NCBI GenBank assembly: GCA_036172245.1
Contig: JAYWIR010000013.1
Span: forward strand, 1,674,001 to 1,738,000
DNA length: 64,000 nt
Source of the DNA: Raillietiella orientalis
Taxonomy: Eukaryota
Direction: 5' to 3'
Shown: one piece after another, positions 63,701 through 64,000 of the stretch
Layout: each line of letters starts with the position of its first letter
Numbering within the stretch: the stretch's first letter is position 1
Notes under the pieces: model-generated
Told to the model about the DNA's origin: nothing
The model's database searches: none
Seen by the model: the letters and a program-made list of their open reading frames with translations, nothing else
Program-made: the position numbers and the translations under genes

Positions 63701-64000
63701 TCCCGGCATCTCCCTGGACGAAGTGGCTCTGCTCTTCGTCCTCCCGGATGCTCCGACCCTTCCCCTTCATTGCCAGCCACAGGCACTGGAGGACGCTCCT
63801 CTCACACTGGGGTTCCCCGTGCAGCCAACACTTGGGTCGCCGAACGAGAGGGAATGCATCCTTGCACTGTGCCAGGTGGGTGGGCGGCGGAAGCGCCCTC
63901 CCTCGTGCCTGCTTCCAGACCGAGTCTTCCTCTTGGCAGTGGATGGCAACCAGTGGCGACAGTAGCAGCCCTGCTTCTCCTGTATCCCGATCGCAAAGAT

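Noticed and set aside
9800..64000. Hundreds of long overlapping ORFs (e.g. 13068-14219, 44535-45974, 48658-49743, 60623-61618)
   Set aside because: R/G/P/S-rich, present in all frames and without recognisable domains. This is expected from stop-codon scarcity in GC-rich DNA; those overlapping RYK are exon-plus-intron read-through.
1..64000. CRISPR array, operons or prokaryotic defence systems
   Set aside because: Spliced eukaryotic genes; no regularly spaced short direct repeats with unique spacers were seen.

Overview
Eukaryotic (animal) genomic DNA, not prokaryotic. The very short GT-AG introns (41-51 nt) point to a compact invertebrate genome, possibly a clade I nematode such as Trichuris (inference). 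Two protein-coding genes can be built exon by exon: the 3' part of WASHC4/SWIP (+, 23-1808) in an AT-rich first ~7 kb, and a complete 12-exon, 640-aa RYK/lin-18/derailed Wnt-receptor pseudokinase (-, 49919-38027). From ~8 kb onward the DNA is strongly GC-rich and is mostly decayed L1/Tx1-like non-LTR retrotransposons plus a ~800-bp SINE-like family with a tRNA-like head. The most interesting signal is that LINE 3' ends repeatedly run directly, in the same orientation, into the 3' part of the SINE. This fits either a LINE/SINE partnership with a shared structured tail or a LINE that targets the SINE. Also notable: a 753-bp near-identical inverted tract 43 kb apart inside otherwise diverged LINE copies, and exon-scale GC3 mosaicism within RYK. 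Most long ORFs in the track are GC-rich shadow ORFs. Repeat boundaries and identities are by-eye alignments and approximate.
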